Shown one piece after another: positions 13,010 through 27,455 of a stretch of 64,000 nucleotides of DNA (position 1 is the stretch's first letter; the number at the start of each line of letters is the position of its first letter). The position numbers were made by a program, and so were the translations under genes. Location of the stretch: assembly GCF_009914755.1 (NCBI RefSeq), contig NC_060925.1. One strand, written 5' to 3'. The notes under the pieces were generated by a model that worked only from the letters and a program-made list of their open reading frames with translations, did no database searches and was not told the DNA's origin. Source of the stretch: the human T2T-CHM13v2.0 reference genome, Homo sapiens.

Positions 13010-13769
13010 TCCACCTGATGGAGATGTTGATGACCTAGTTGTCCCAGGAGCTCTGTAAGAAAAGTCAAAAACTCTGAATTGCAAAAAAACAAACAAATAA
13101 ACAAAACTCTGAATTGCTTTCTAGCCCTCATATTCCCACTAGCAAGTGTGATCTAGAAAAAAATAAAAAAGGATTACAAGATAAAATCTCTTGAGATTCC
13201 AATCCAAGACACAAAATAATCTCTCTTTTAATCCTCTGCAATCTGTATAATAAAACCTTCTCCCTTTGTCAACAATGTTTTCATCCCAGAGGAAAGCACT
13301 ACCTAGGACACTGAAATATTGTCATCCTCTTCTCCCCTTTATGCTCCAGAATCTTAAGAAAAAAAAAGATTACAAATTGAATGTGTATGGAATGCAAAAA
13401 GAAGGGTGGAAGTGTAATATAATAAAGGTAGTATGTTAGACTCACATAGAGGCACCAAAAAAGGAACTTTTATTTTTTGATGAAAAACTCTCAAAACTAG
13501 ATTCCAGTCTTTTTTTCCCTTTCTCTAAACTCTTCTAATTGGCTTGCCAAATTAACCAGTGTTCTCCATTTCCTCTCTAAAATATAAGACTTAAGTCCAA
13601 GTACACTGAATAGTTTATATCATATTGATCCTGGTTAGTAGGCTATATTCCACTACATCCCCATAATTCTCTTTCCATTGGCTAGGTTGTATGCTTATCA
13701 ATAATTACTTTTAGGTACATTTTCACTATTCTAATTGCTTTTTTGAGTTAAAAATTTTGTAAACTGATG

Positions 13770-14400
<631 letters not shown>

Positions 14401-14729
14401 ATGTACACTTTCAGGTGTTAATCTAAAATAAAATGTTAATGTAACATTTGGAATGATTCCTCACTTTGACTTTTTAAACCGTCTGATAACAATTCTCAAG
14501 AGCCTTTTACTACACACCATTTACATGCTCACCTTCCAAATGTTATGTTCATTAATTTCTCGATGCCTATTCAATGAACTCTAAACTTTGTGGTCTAGCA
14601 AATCTACACATTTTTACCTAACTCCATGTTCTATTTTTATTTTTTATTCATATACCTTATCTTTAGTCCAATTAGACTTATTATTCTCTGAGCACATGCT
14701 TTAATTTTAAGCTCATGTTATACTATTTA

Positions 14730-14813
14730 GGAAAGGAAAGAAGGAAGGAGGGAAGGAAGGAAGGAAGGAAGGAAGGAAGGAAGGAAGGAAGGAAAGAAGG
14801 AAGGAAGGAAGGG
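14730..14813 (+). repeat. (GGAA)n microsatellite
   Basis: 11 consecutive GGAA units at 14751-14794 plus flanking imperfect units. Confidence 0.97.
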
Positions 14814-15207
14814 ACGGACCTGGGTGCACCTTTGGAGAATAGGATGAGGAGGCTCCAGTTACAGGTTGAGGCAGTAGCAATGTCATCCCATCATGGGTGG
14901 GATAGTTGTAAAGTGAATTAGGAGAAACTAAAGGACTCTGGGGTGGGAAGGAAAAGACAGGACCCTCTATTAGTTGACCATCAGTTGAGTCCCAACCAAG
15001 AGGTTCTAGAACAACCAATGGACTATGTGATTTCAAAACAATTTCCAAAATAATAAATCTTGAAGACTTGAATCTCTTCACTTCTCACATTCCTGATTTA
15101 AGAGGGAATAATTAATTTGATTATTTTTCCACTTTTGGCATTACTTTTCTGCCCCTAATTTTATTTTTTTATCAATTTTATACTGTTTTCCTAAAAATCG
15201 ACAGTGT

Positions 15208-15880
15208 CCCAAAGGAGTTGTAAGCTTATGTCCATGCAAGAAAACTGCACAGGGACATTTATAGCAGCTTTATTCATAATTGCCCACACTTGGAAGCAAC
15301 CAAGAAGTTCTCCAATAGGTGAATGGATAAATGAACTGTGGTACCTCCAGACAATGAAATAATATTCAGTGCTAAAAAGAAATGAGACATTAAGTCATGA
15401 AAAGACATGGAGGAAATTTAAATGCATATTACTAAGTGAAAGAAACAAATCTGAAAAGTTATATGCTGTTTGATTACAACTATGTGACATTCTGGAAAGG
15501 GCAAAACTATGGAGACAGTAAAAATATCAGTAGTTGCCAAGGGTTGGGGGGAGGGAAAGAGGAATAAGCAAAACACAGGATTTTTAAGACAGTGAAATAT
15601 TCTATATGATACTATAATAGTGGATACATGTCATTACACATTTGTTCAAACTTACAGAATGTACAACACCAAGAGTGAACCCCAATGTAAACTATGAACT
15701 TGGGGTGATAATGACATGTCAAGGCAGGTCTGTCAGTTGTAAGAAATGTACCATGCTGTGGGAGATATGGATAACGGGTGAGGCTGTGCATGAGGGAGCA
15801 GAGGGTACATGGGAAATTTCCATATCTTACTCTCAGTTTTGCTTGAACCTAAAACTGCTTTTTTTAAAAGTCTTTTTTTT
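15208..15880 (+). mobile_element. L1MC/L1MD-type 3' end
   Basis: GAATGTACAACACCAAGAGTGAACCC...TGTAAACTATG 3'UTR motifs; GACAGTGT on both flanks (TSD-like). Confidence 0.78.
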
Positions 15881-16299
15881 AAATGACAGTGTTATAAAAA
15901 TTTCTAAGCTAGAAAAGACCTTGAGTGATTATCTTCCATCTCCCTATTTTAGACAGCATCACAATAACATCATCCTAGGCAGATGAACAGCTATTATTTT
16001 TAAAACCTCCAGAAGAGAAGATTCTACAACCTCCCAACATTAACAACTCTCACTGTCAGGAAATTCTTCCATCTATAATCTAAATCTTTCATGCTGCTGT
16101 TCAAATCAGTTTTCACTCTGCAGAGCTGAGTTGATATTGAGAACAGCTGGTCTTCAGTATCTATGTAGAAATTCTTCATTTGCTACCACTGTAATACAAT
16201 ATATATAGAATATATATATTTTCTGTGTAGCTTTTAGTTCTTAGCTTACATCCTTGTCCAAGCTGATTAACCCCAGCTCCCCAACCTACACAAAGAGTT

Positions 16300-16494
16300 C
16301 ATTTGTACCCTTATCTGTACTCCCACATCACTTTGCAAGTATCTCTACTTTATCACAATTTAGTGGAATTGTAGGTAGGTGTGACTATCTCCCCACACCT
16401 CCTTCTATCTTATTCATGTGCCTATCTCTGTAACTGATATGTAATAGGCTCTCAATAAATGACTGTCAAATGAATGAATGAATGAATGAATGAA
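16300..16494 (+). mobile_element. L2 3' end with (TGAA)n tail
   Basis: TAGGCTCTCAATAAATG...(TGAA)6. Confidence 0.65.
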
Positions 16495-19400
16495 ACTGCT
16501 CCCAGATAAACCATTTTCTTCTAACTATTCAGCTATGGATGTGGGTATCCTCTGTCAGGTAAGTTTCTCTTGATAACAAGTAACAACAACCAACTCTACT
16601 AGTTTTGAAAAAAACAGAGAATGTACTGGAAGAATACTAGAATAGCTTACAGGATCAAAGGAAAACTTGGATCAGAAAGGGTAGGAACTAGGGTGTTTCC
16701 TCTGCAGGAGGTTGTGGGGCTTCTTTCCAGCGTATTACAATGTGTCTCAGCTACCAACAACTTTCAAATTATACTCCTTCTCTTCTTGCAACACTTCCAG
16801 TACACATAAGAGATAAACTGATTGGCCCAGCTTAGGTCAGGTGACAGACCTGAATCAATTAGTCATGGTTCAGGGAATAAAGATCGCTAATGTAGACACA
16901 GCTATCAGGGCAAAGGTCAGCAGAGGACATGTCTGTGCATGATGGCAGCTCCTCAGAAAAGGGGAACCCTGCACTGTAGAGCCACCTCGAGAGATGACTA
17001 CTGCAAACAATCACTGAGCCCTTGAGCCCATTGTCATTGGTGAGTTTTGAGAGGATGTCACAGAGCTAAATAAACAAGGTAATTAAACTTTTTTCCCTTT
17101 TTTTTTTTTCTTTTTTTGGTTTGGTTATTTCTCTTCAGGCCCTCTGGTACCAAAATTAAAGAAGATAAAAACCTATCTTACTTAGTTGAAATGTAAATTT
17201 CCTTGGAACTAGAGATCAGTACTTGAGCTAGTGATAAATACTATCACAAGATTTACAGCACACAGAAAAATCTTTCAGAAATTCAGTACATTTTATATGT
17301 CATTGAATTAGTAGCAGACACACGCCTGAGCTACTGAATCGCAAAGAGCAAAAAGGTAGAGGTGTTGCATAGCCTAATACCCTGCCAATTGGCTCAGCAT
17401 GCCTGCGGCATCCTGTCCTTAAGTTCCTCATGAGTACACATGCCAAGAAGACACTAAAAAGAGAGGAGGAACAATTGGTCAGCTATGTAATAATAATACT
17501 TTGCAATGATTTAGAAGTTTTCAGTTTAAGTCAAATTATTTCTATATTCTAAGTCAAATTATTTCATATCTCTTGTCAGATTTTGTAATTGAGTTAAACA
17601 CCTACGATAGATTAAAACAGCCACAAAAGAAATTCTTTGCAGCTCTTTCCATGAAGAGGAGGAGTCAATTTCCCCACCCCTTGAATCTGAGCTGATAGAG
17701 ACTTGGTTTGACTGAATGAAAGAAAATGACTTTGTGTGAATTCCAAGCCTAGGCCTTGAGAGACCTCCGAACAAGCAAATAAAAAATAAAAAAAAAGAAA
17801 CCATGTGGAGACACTTACATTTGAAGGCGTTTGTTGCATTGAAGTAGATAACCTATACATCACCCAAACGCAATGGCCCATTGCCTTTTATTTAGTTTGG
17901 CACAAATCTATAATCGTCTTTCGAAAAACTTTTGTTTGGCATCTCTATATATCTCTTTCTATTCATCTATCTGTCTGTGAATCCCCCAAGTTTATAGGCA
18001 AAGCAAGCTTGGTTTCCTAACATTTTGGAAAAAAATGTACACTTAGAATTTGGCTAATCCAGAAATGCTATTCTCCAGGTTAAGACATTCAGGCAGTCTA
18101 TAAAATCTTCCTAAATGTAAGATGATTTTCAAAGTTCTTGCTATTTTTTTTGCATCATTTACTGAGAGAATTAAACTTATGTTTTATGTGTTTCCACTTC
18201 TGTTCTCCTGTGTGAGTTACCTGAAAGTTAACAGGGTACTTGTAATCTATGGGCCATCTCCGTGGATGTGGAGATTTGGCTCTGCTTCACTTCGTCTTCT
18301 CTGACTTCCTGATTTGAAGATCTGTCACAGGCCCCTGCTGTGAGATCTTCTTTATTCTGTTTTCCTTTTATCTTTGCCCAGAGACTTTCAAGAATTCTTC
18401 TTTGTTCCTCCCATTTCCATAGTTACTTTGGTATTTGAATATCTTCCTATGTCTCATCCTGCTAGAGTTTATGGATGCTTGGTTTGAATTTAGGATGAGA
18501 GCTGAGATACTTAATAATTAGCACAGAAGCCAGCCTAGAAATTCCCACAACTGGCTGTATCATACACCCCTCTGTACTCATTATTTTTACTATGGTTTTG
18601 GTAATATTACGCTTCACAAAAACTAAACAAGCCACAGTTTCTTGACTAAAGGAAATCATATTCATCTTATATGACTCCCCCTTTTAATTTACTTTTAATC
18701 TAATACTGTTATTGTTCTTATGTCAGTTTCCAGTTCTGATTTTCTTTTCTCCCATGATAATTATTTGGTTTTCTATACCTCATTATTTGATTCCCCTTTC
18801 CCTAAATCTAGCATCTCTTTTTACTCTGAAAAAGGATTGTGATCATTCTGATAAACAGTAGGCAAAAAATCCTAAACCCTTTGGAATAAGAGTTAAAACA
18901 TATTATTTTAAGAGATGTCTTCAGTCTGTACAATTTCTCCAGGCACCAGCACACCATAGAACCAGCTGCCTCTATTCACATTCACTACCTGCCACTCTAA
19001 AAGAAACAATGATGCCCTGGAATGAAAGGAGGGAGGGGCTTCATGAGAAAATTGGGACACTATTGATGAAAAACATCAAAAAGAAATTCTTCTAATTCAC
19101 TTTAAATGGAGTTTACATTGGAAAAAAATAAAGACAGTGGAGCATTTGATCCCATGCATCAAAAAGCACTTACTGAGCACCTTGGTAATACAGGTTATAT
19201 CTGCATGCCTCAATTTCTAGCATGCTTACATAAATTACCTCATATGTGAGCTAAGTAGGCAGATAATCAATGAGTTATTGTCTGTGAAACACTTTAACTG
19301 AATATACAATGTAAACATTAAGAAAAAATTTCTATTTTACACATAAGCAAATGGGGTCTCAAAGAAGTGGAGAGACCTGCCTAATCTGACAGGCCAGGTG

Positions 19401-21747
19401 TCCTGACTACCATAAAGCTTTGCATCACACTGCTTTCCTGTGAGTCTCCTCTGTGCAAAGCAGAGGGATATGTTGAAACCTCTGATTTGAAAGGGTTTAC
19501 AAATCAGTTATAGACAAATGACATACACATAAAAGAATAACATGATGATAATAGTGAAGATGGTGATGATAGTTGACACTTTTATGGTACTTACCCTGTG
19601 CTAGGCATTGTTATACATGAAGTGACCCATTTAAATCTCTTAGCAATCTTTCAAAATAGGCATCATGAGATAATTAAGGCACAGAGAGATTTAGTTACTT
19701 GCCTGAAGTTACCGGGATAGTGTGTGGTAGGATTGAAATCATTTGAAGTCAGCTGCCTGGCTCCAGGGACTATGTTTGACTACTATACTCTACTGCCTTT
19801 CTATAAAACAGTATATGGAATACATTCTATATTCATGATCTAATTAGTGTGTTAGAATGTCAGGGAGATTTATATTGGGAAAAAAAAAGACAAGCATTTG
19901 TCTCACCAAAAAACTAGTATAGAACAGAAATTTGGGGAAAGATTTATTTAACCAGAAGAAGCTAAGGAAATATGAAATGTAGAAAAGAAAAAGAAAATCT
20001 CTGCTCAGTGTTTTCAGGAACTACTCATGGAACCAGTGTGACTAAAAGAGAGGATTTGTGTGGTGGCATAATGGATATTAAGACTGGTGTGTTAAGTGTG
20101 AATGAATTGTGACTTGTCTGCAATGAAAAGCTAAGTCTAGACTCAGTAATAAATAATGGGAAACCCCAAAGGCTCAAGTCCTCAAAAATTTGTTTTCCTG
20201 TGATAAACATATTAGGGAGAGGAAGGCATAAAACTGAGGAGAGCAGTTAAGCAATGATTGCACTGGTCCCTGTGGCATGAGGTCACAGGGGGCTTAGGCT
20301 AGAGTGACGTGGACAGGGAAGGGAAGGATAGCGAGGATATAACCGACATTACTCACTGAAGATTAACAGGACCTGGCGACTGACAGGATGAGGAAAACAA
20401 GGGATTTCCAAGGTGACTCGAAGCTTCCAAGCTTTCATGAATAAGAAACTAACAATGCCATTTATAGAAACCAGGAGGTCCAGAAGGGAGCTGATATGGA
20501 GACATTCAGATTTGAACATACAAAATTTAGGGTGACAAGATATCATCTAAGTTGAAAGGCTGAGAGTTAACAAATATTTATTGAACCCCTACATTGTGTT
20601 AAGACAACGTACTAGAGCCTGGGGATACTGCTGTGACAAGACAAGGCCCCTCCCCTCATGAAGCTTGGAGTCAGGCAACTAGAGGATTATGTAGATTAGA
20701 AGAAAGCCAATCTGCTAGACTTGGTGGCTAGAACCAGAATGATGGTGTATATTCTCTCTCTCTCTCTCTCTGTTTCAGTGGGGTTCTTTTTAAATTTAAC
20801 CTTCTAAGAGATTCAGTTATTTATATTCAATCTCTCACCCCATTGAATGAATTACTATGCACAGTTGTTTTTCTTCACAGAGAATTAAAATAAAAAGTGC
20901 TTATTTAGGAAACCTAAAGAGACAGGGAGGTATTCCAAGTCAAGCGCTTGCTTGAGTTTGCTAACAATAGGAATTATCAAGCTCCCAGTCAAGAGACAGC
21001 ATCAAAAAGAAGAAAAAAAAAACTGCACAACAACTTATTTGCTGATGGAGAAACCTCTGCTCCTCATATGCACATGCATCCCCTAGGCTGATGACAACTA
21101 TTTGCAGCTTATGCTTGTCCCTGTCATTGGGCCTGGAGCTTAGTTTCAGAGTTAGAGGAACCAGGGCCTCCACTGTTTTTAGTGTATAGGTGCCCAAGGG
21201 CTAGATATGGCCTACAGGCCTATTCTATGTGGCCTATATAAGATTCTTACTTTGAGACAATACTTAAATTTCAGGTTTGGAATTCAGAGGTTACCCATAA
21301 AACTCAAGATATCCGGCTGCTCTTGAAAAATCAGAATGTATGTCAACATTTGGTCTGTTTTTCTGCTGACTATATTCGGCTGGAGTTAAGTTAGAACTGC
21401 TCCCATGTAGACACAGTCCGTACCCCTCATACAAAAAATACTTGGTATACCTCACTCCTTATGTTCTCTGTATGGCTCCCATAGTATTTGAACTCGTAAC
21501 CTCTCAAATGTGTAGTTCTCTAGGGAAGTTCAGCAAACGTGCTTGCCTGGCAAGAGATAGTAGACCAAAAAACTATAGCTGCATCCAACATATTAAGAGG
21601 AATAAAAAAATGAAGGCAGTCTCCAATAACAAATAGGGGGCTCTTTCAGAAGAAAGATGCTTTGGTCATTAGCAAATGACACTTTGGGCATGTAATTTAT
21701 ATTTTCTGAAACTCAACTGCCTGATTTGTAAATTGAAACTAATAGGG

Positions 21748-22478
21748 ATCTAGCAATCCCGCTACTGGTTATGTACCCAAAGGAAAGGAAATCAGTATAT
21801 TGAAGGGATAGCTGCACTTCCATGTTCATTGCAGTATTATTTATAATAGTTAAGATAGGGAATAAGCCTAAGAAACATCTGTATTCCCATGTTCACTGAA
21901 GCATTATTTATAATAACTAAGAGAATCAGTCTAAGTGTCCATCAACAGATGAATATACCAAAAAACTGTGGTACATATACACAATGTAATCCTATTCACC
22001 CTTTTAAAAGAAGGAAATCCTGTCATTTGCCACAACATGGATAAATAAACCTGGAGGACATTAAGTGAAATAAGCCAGGCAATCAGAGACAAATAGCATA
22101 AGATCTCATATGTAGAATGTAAAAAAGTTGAACTCATAGAAGTAGACAGTATAATGGTGGTTACCAAAGGCTGGGGGTGGGGAGTAGGGGGGAAGATGTT
22201 GGTCAAAGGATATAAAATTTCAGTTAGACAGCAGGAATAAGTTCAAAAGATCTATTGTACAATATGATGACTATAGTTAATAACAAGGTATTGTATTCTT
22301 GAAAATTGCTTAGAGGGTAGCTTTTAAGTGTTCCTACCACACACGCACAAAAAATGTGTGATGTAATGCATATGTTAATTAGCTTGATTTAGTCATTTCA
22401 CAAAATATACATATTTCAAAATGATGTTGTACATAATAAATACATAGTTTTTATTTGTCAATTAAAACGTTTTTAAAA
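21748..22478 (+). mobile_element. L1MA-type 3' end inserted into a MIR
   Basis: L1 ORF2 end and 3'UTR; TSD GAAACTAA[T/C]AGG; MIR-like sequence on both sides. Confidence 0.8.
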
Positions 22479-22667
22479 GAAACTAACAGGATTCCACCCC
22501 CGCCCCCAAAAATTGCTGATGCCATTAAATGAGATCATGCTACATGAAATCCGTAGTACAGTGCCTGGCATTTATGATTGCTAAGTAAATAAAAATAATT
22601 GTTATAATTGTAGGCATTCTTTTCAGAGACAATCACAAACTTCAGGTGCAAATGCAAGCTGGTTTTA

Positions 22668-22980
22668 ATTTTTTGTTGTTTGTTTGTTTTTGTTTGTTTG
22701 TTTGTTTTTGAGACTAAATCTCACTCTGTCTCCCAGGCTGGAGGCAGTGGCGCAATCTCGGCTCACTGCAGCCTCTGCTTCCCAGGCTCAAGCAATTCTC
22801 TGCCTCAGCCTCCTGAGTAGCTAGGATTACAGGTGCCCACCACCATACCCGGCTAATTTTTGTATTTTTAGTAGAGACAGGGTTTCACCATCTTGTCCAG
22901 GCTGGTCTTGAACTCCTGACCTCATGATCTGCCCACATTGACCTCTCAAAGTGCTGGGATTACAGGCGTGAGCCACTGGC
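22668..22980 (-). mobile_element. AluS
   Basis: Antisense Alu; TSD TGCAAGCTGGTTTT. Confidence 0.92.
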
Positions 22981-23240
22981 TGCAAGCTGGTTTTTCTGTG
23001 TACTTCACTCATGCGTGTCTATTGAACACCTACTATAGCTCCATGCAAGGCATTGGAAACATGTATAGAACAGACGTACTTCATGTCCTTGACATGAAGA
23101 ATTGAAAAGGTTAGAGAAAAGTGTATTAATAGGAGAAAAGAGTTTCTGAAGTGGACAGTACCATCTAAGAAGAAAAATTGGAAGTAAAAGGCTGGGAAGA
23201 GGCAAAGAAAACTCAAGACCAGAGTCAAGAAAAGAGTATA

Positions 23241-23553
23241 AGCCGGGCGCACTGGCTCATGCCTGTAATCTCAACACTTTGAGAGGCAGAGACGGGTGGA
23301 TCACCTGAGGTCAGGCGTTCAAGAACCAGCCTGGCCAACATGGTGAAACTCCATCTCTACAAAAACACAAAAATTAGCCACGCATGATGGTGGGTGCCTG
23401 TAATCCCAGATACTCAGGAGACTGAGGCAAGAGAATCACTTGAACCCGGGAGGCGGAGCTTGTAGTGAGCCGAGATCACACCATTGCACTCCAGCCTGGG
23501 TGACAGAGCAAGACTCCATCTTGGAAAAAAAAAAAAGAAAAAGAAAGAAAAAA
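23241..23553 (+). mobile_element. AluS
   Basis: Dimeric Alu with A tail. Confidence 0.92.
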
Positions 23554-24277
23554 GTGTATATAAAGATACCACAAAAGGATGAAAGGCAAAGAATAAGTCT
23601 CTTCCTATGTTGAATTTGGATACAATATTTCATCCTCCACAGAATAATGAGCATCCACAGATAATGACTCTGTAACAAGTAACCCTTACACAGTACTTAC
23701 TACACACCAAGCAGTATTCCAGCTATTAATACTTTATACATATTAGTTCATATACTTTGCAGAACAACTTTTAAGATAGCTTCTTTTATTTCGCTTTTAC
23801 AAATGTATAAAAACTGGCTCACGGAAGTCAATAATTTGCCCAAAGTTATTCAACTAACAAATTGGTAGAGATAAGCTTTAAAACTGGGAATTCTGGCTCC
23901 ACGGTCAATGTTTTTAAGCTTTCTGATATGTTTAAGGTAATCTGCAATTAGATCCTGGAAAAAAAGGTATTTTCATGGCTGACACCCTTCCAAAAAATGT
24001 AGTCTAACATGCTCAACCCAGCATGCTGTTTTCCTAGAATATGTATACAAGTAGACTAATGGAATCTGTCCTTCCATGTTTTCTGATCAAACTTTTGCTT
24101 TGCTGTCAGAAAAGACTAAAATCAAATCATGGTTTTGAAGTGCTGAGGAGGAAATAAACAGACATTGGGGCATGCCCAGGAGCAAGCACACTATTTCTCC
24201 TTTCCAGTGAGTGCTGAAATTCTGAGAAAGAGAGCTGAATTTGGAAAGTGAATGACTGACCATATCAATAATGTTTA

Positions 24278-24410
24278 AGTCGGGCATGGTGGCAGGTGCC
24301 TGTAGTCCCAGCTACTCGGGAGGCTGAGATGGGAAGATTGTGTGAGCCCAGAAGTTTGATTGAGTCCAGCCTGGGCAACACAGGGAGTCTCCATCTCTAA
24401 AATAATAAAA
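24278..24410 (+). mobile_element. Alu monomer (FAM/FLAM-like)
   Basis: Single 7SL-derived monomer. Confidence 0.75.
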
Positions 24411-24599
24411 TAGTTATAATAATATGTAAAAAAAATAATGTGGTAGAATGGGATTTGGATTGTTGTCCCTCCCAGGGTGGGAACACTTCACTGAGTCAGA
24501 GAAGCAGGAGATTCCCAATGTCTTGCCAAACTATCTGAGTACTTGGCAGAGTTCAATTAAACACCAAAAAAAAAAAAATCACAAATACAGAAAATGAAG

Positions 24600-24830
24600 T
24601 CAATAATGATACTAAAAAATTTTTTATGGGAGTACTTATTCTGTGTCAGGTGCAATTCCAAGTGCTTTCCAGGCAGTATCTCATTTAACTTTATAACTCT
24701 GTGAGAGAGATAGTATTTTCATTTCATAAATGAAGAAACCAAGGCACAAAGGTCATACAGCTAATAAACACTTTGCAGAATTTGAACTCAAGTAGCCTGG
24801 CTTAGAGCCCATTGTTAACCACGGCAATGT
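24600..24830. mobile_element. MIR
   Basis: Core ATGAAGAAACCAAGGCACAAAGG...ATTTGAACTCAAG. Confidence 0.65.
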
Positions 24831-25317
24831 ATTACATTCAGGTAAACATGTAATCTTGATTTCTAAATATCTTTTGGCTAGGTTGATATTTTTATACAAC
24901 TTAGAACATTTCTCAGGCCTTATTAAGGCCTGAATCAAAAAACCCATGATCTTAACTGCAGAGGGATTGATCTCCCTATTAACATTTATCTCCTATTAAC
25001 TCGGGCCAGGCCTAAACTTTCAGGGTGATATATAATTTTAGGTTGGGTATAGCTACAGGTATAAATGTTGATGCTAATTCCTAGGCTGATTGAGAAAGAC
25101 ATAATATGAAATTTGAGTTGGTTACAGATGTGTCTTCACGTTTATTTAGATTCATTAAGTAGTGGTTTTCTTTCCATGTTGTGTAAATTTTGTTATTTTA
25201 AATGGCACAATAAGATAGTAAGTCCATTAAATACTTTTTTCTACCTACCAGAACAAAATTTGAATAGAATCTTCAACGTGAAAAACTAAAATCTCTTCAC
25301 TAAAGTCATATAACGGT

Positions 25318-25336
25318 TCACCACTAGGTGGAGCAA
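25318..25336 (+). promoter_or_regulatory. Candidate CTCF binding site
   Basis: TCACCACTAGGTGGAGCAA closely matches the CTCF core CCAC[C/T]AG[A/G][T/G]GG[C/A]GC and sits in non-repetitive AT-rich DNA. Confidence 0.65.
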
Positions 25337-26417
25337 CTAAATTTTAAATTTTTTTTGTTCACAGCAAACCTTTAAGCTTGTTTTTAATTTAGTCCTGATT
25401 TTAGGTCACTTATTTAACTGCTCCCTTTTCTTATTCTTTATCAGGTGTTTAGAAGCATATTATAATCTCTAATACAGAAAATGTAATAAAAACAATGCTA
25501 CTATTAGTGCATTGAATGCTTGTAAACAAAGTTTTCTGAGACAAAAGGAACCTAAAAAAGATTGACCATAGGCAATGGAATTAAAGCAAAATAAAAAATT
25601 TTAACTTAAATGAATTTTAACATGTTTAACAATGATATTCACTGTTTTCCTATCTGCAATCCACTATCCCACAATGTTACCCATCCAGGTAAACCAAGCA
25701 AAAAGACCTCTTACCTACCAAAACAAGTATTACACAATTTGTGAATATATAGCCTCGTGCATATATGATTCCGTGCATGCACCAAACAATACAAGTCCTG
25801 GCTGAAAGACTCAGGATGATGTTTAATAGTGTGACACAAGAAACACAACAGTTTAGGCTTAGTGATTCCTGTGCAATTCAGAGAGTTTTTATAGACCACG
25901 TGTATTATTCTCTTTCACTAAAACCAAAGCAATCATTCATTCATTTAATAAGTATTTATTGAGAGACTTCTATGTGCTGAGCCTCATAATCTCCAGTCAC
26001 TTTCATCACAGAGAGAAAAGATATTGTCTCAGAATTAGTTCAAGGCTGATCATGCCCTGAAATTTGCAGCCTTGCATAGGTCTGCTGTGGACCAACAAGG
26101 AGGAAGGATAGCTAGAATTAATAACTGCTGAAGCTTGTGAAAATCAGGATGATGAAAGAAAAGAATCTAAACTGAACAAGGACAGAGATGTTTCCTTTAT
26201 CCTCTATTGACTAAAGTTGGCACCAGTTGCTGTACTTAGAACATTAGAAATCAACATGAGAACTACACAGAATATTATTTAAAATTTATTCTGGGCATCA
26301 CTTGCTACTTGCAAGTTATATACTCGTATTTCAGGCCAAGCCATTTTCATGTTTTTGTCACTATTATAAAGACTTAAATTAAATACGACTTTGTATAACA
26401 TTAAAATTATTTGTCTA

Positions 26418-26736
<319 letters not shown>

Positions 26737-26954
26737 CTAGACTGATAATTGGGGTCAAGATTTTGTTAATCATAAGGACCGGGTCAGATAAGCAGCACTT
26801 TAAAAAAAAAAAAAAATGATTCCTCATTAAAGCTTTTTCCTGCCTGAATAGGACAGCCACATTAATGCTCAAAAACTTTACTAATTAGGCTTTTTGGTTA
26901 TGCACTCACAGACTATGCAATTTTATCTTATTTATTTTTAAAAATTAATTATTA

Positions 26955-27113
26955 TTTTTTTTCTTTCAAGAGAGAGGGTCTGTCTGTCACCCAGTCAGGA
27001 GTGCAGGGGCACAATCTTAGCTCACTGCAGACTCCAACTCCTGGCCTCAAGTGATCCTTCTACCTCAGTCTCCTGAGTAGCTGTAACTACAGGTGCATGC
27101 CACCACACTCGGC
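26955..27113 (-). mobile_element. Alu right monomer (FRAM/AluJ)
   Basis: Antisense monomer; TSD TTTTATCTTATTTA. Confidence 0.8.
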
Positions 27114-27199
27114 TGAATTTTTATCTTATTTAGAGTTCGAAGGAGTTGATTGTCTGTTTTCCAAGTCCTTAGGAGATTTGAAATAGCAAATGAGAAAGA

Positions 27200-27455
27200 G
27201 GATAACAATAACAGACATTTATTGAGCACCTATTATTTTCAGGGCATTGCTTTAAGCATTTTATTTCACTTAATCTTCCTGGCAACCTTATGACGTAGGT
27301 ACTACTATTATCTGCCACTTCATACATGAGAAAACTGAAGAGCAGAAAGGTTAAGTAACTTGCCCACAGTTACGTGGCTTTTATATGGCAGATCTGAGAT
27401 TTCCACCCAAACAGCCTGGCTCCAGACTCACTATGAAAACCACTACCTATACTAT
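27200..27455. mobile_element. MIR
   Basis: Core GAGAAAACTGAAGAGCAGAAAGGTTAAGTAACTTGCCCA. Confidence 0.75.
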
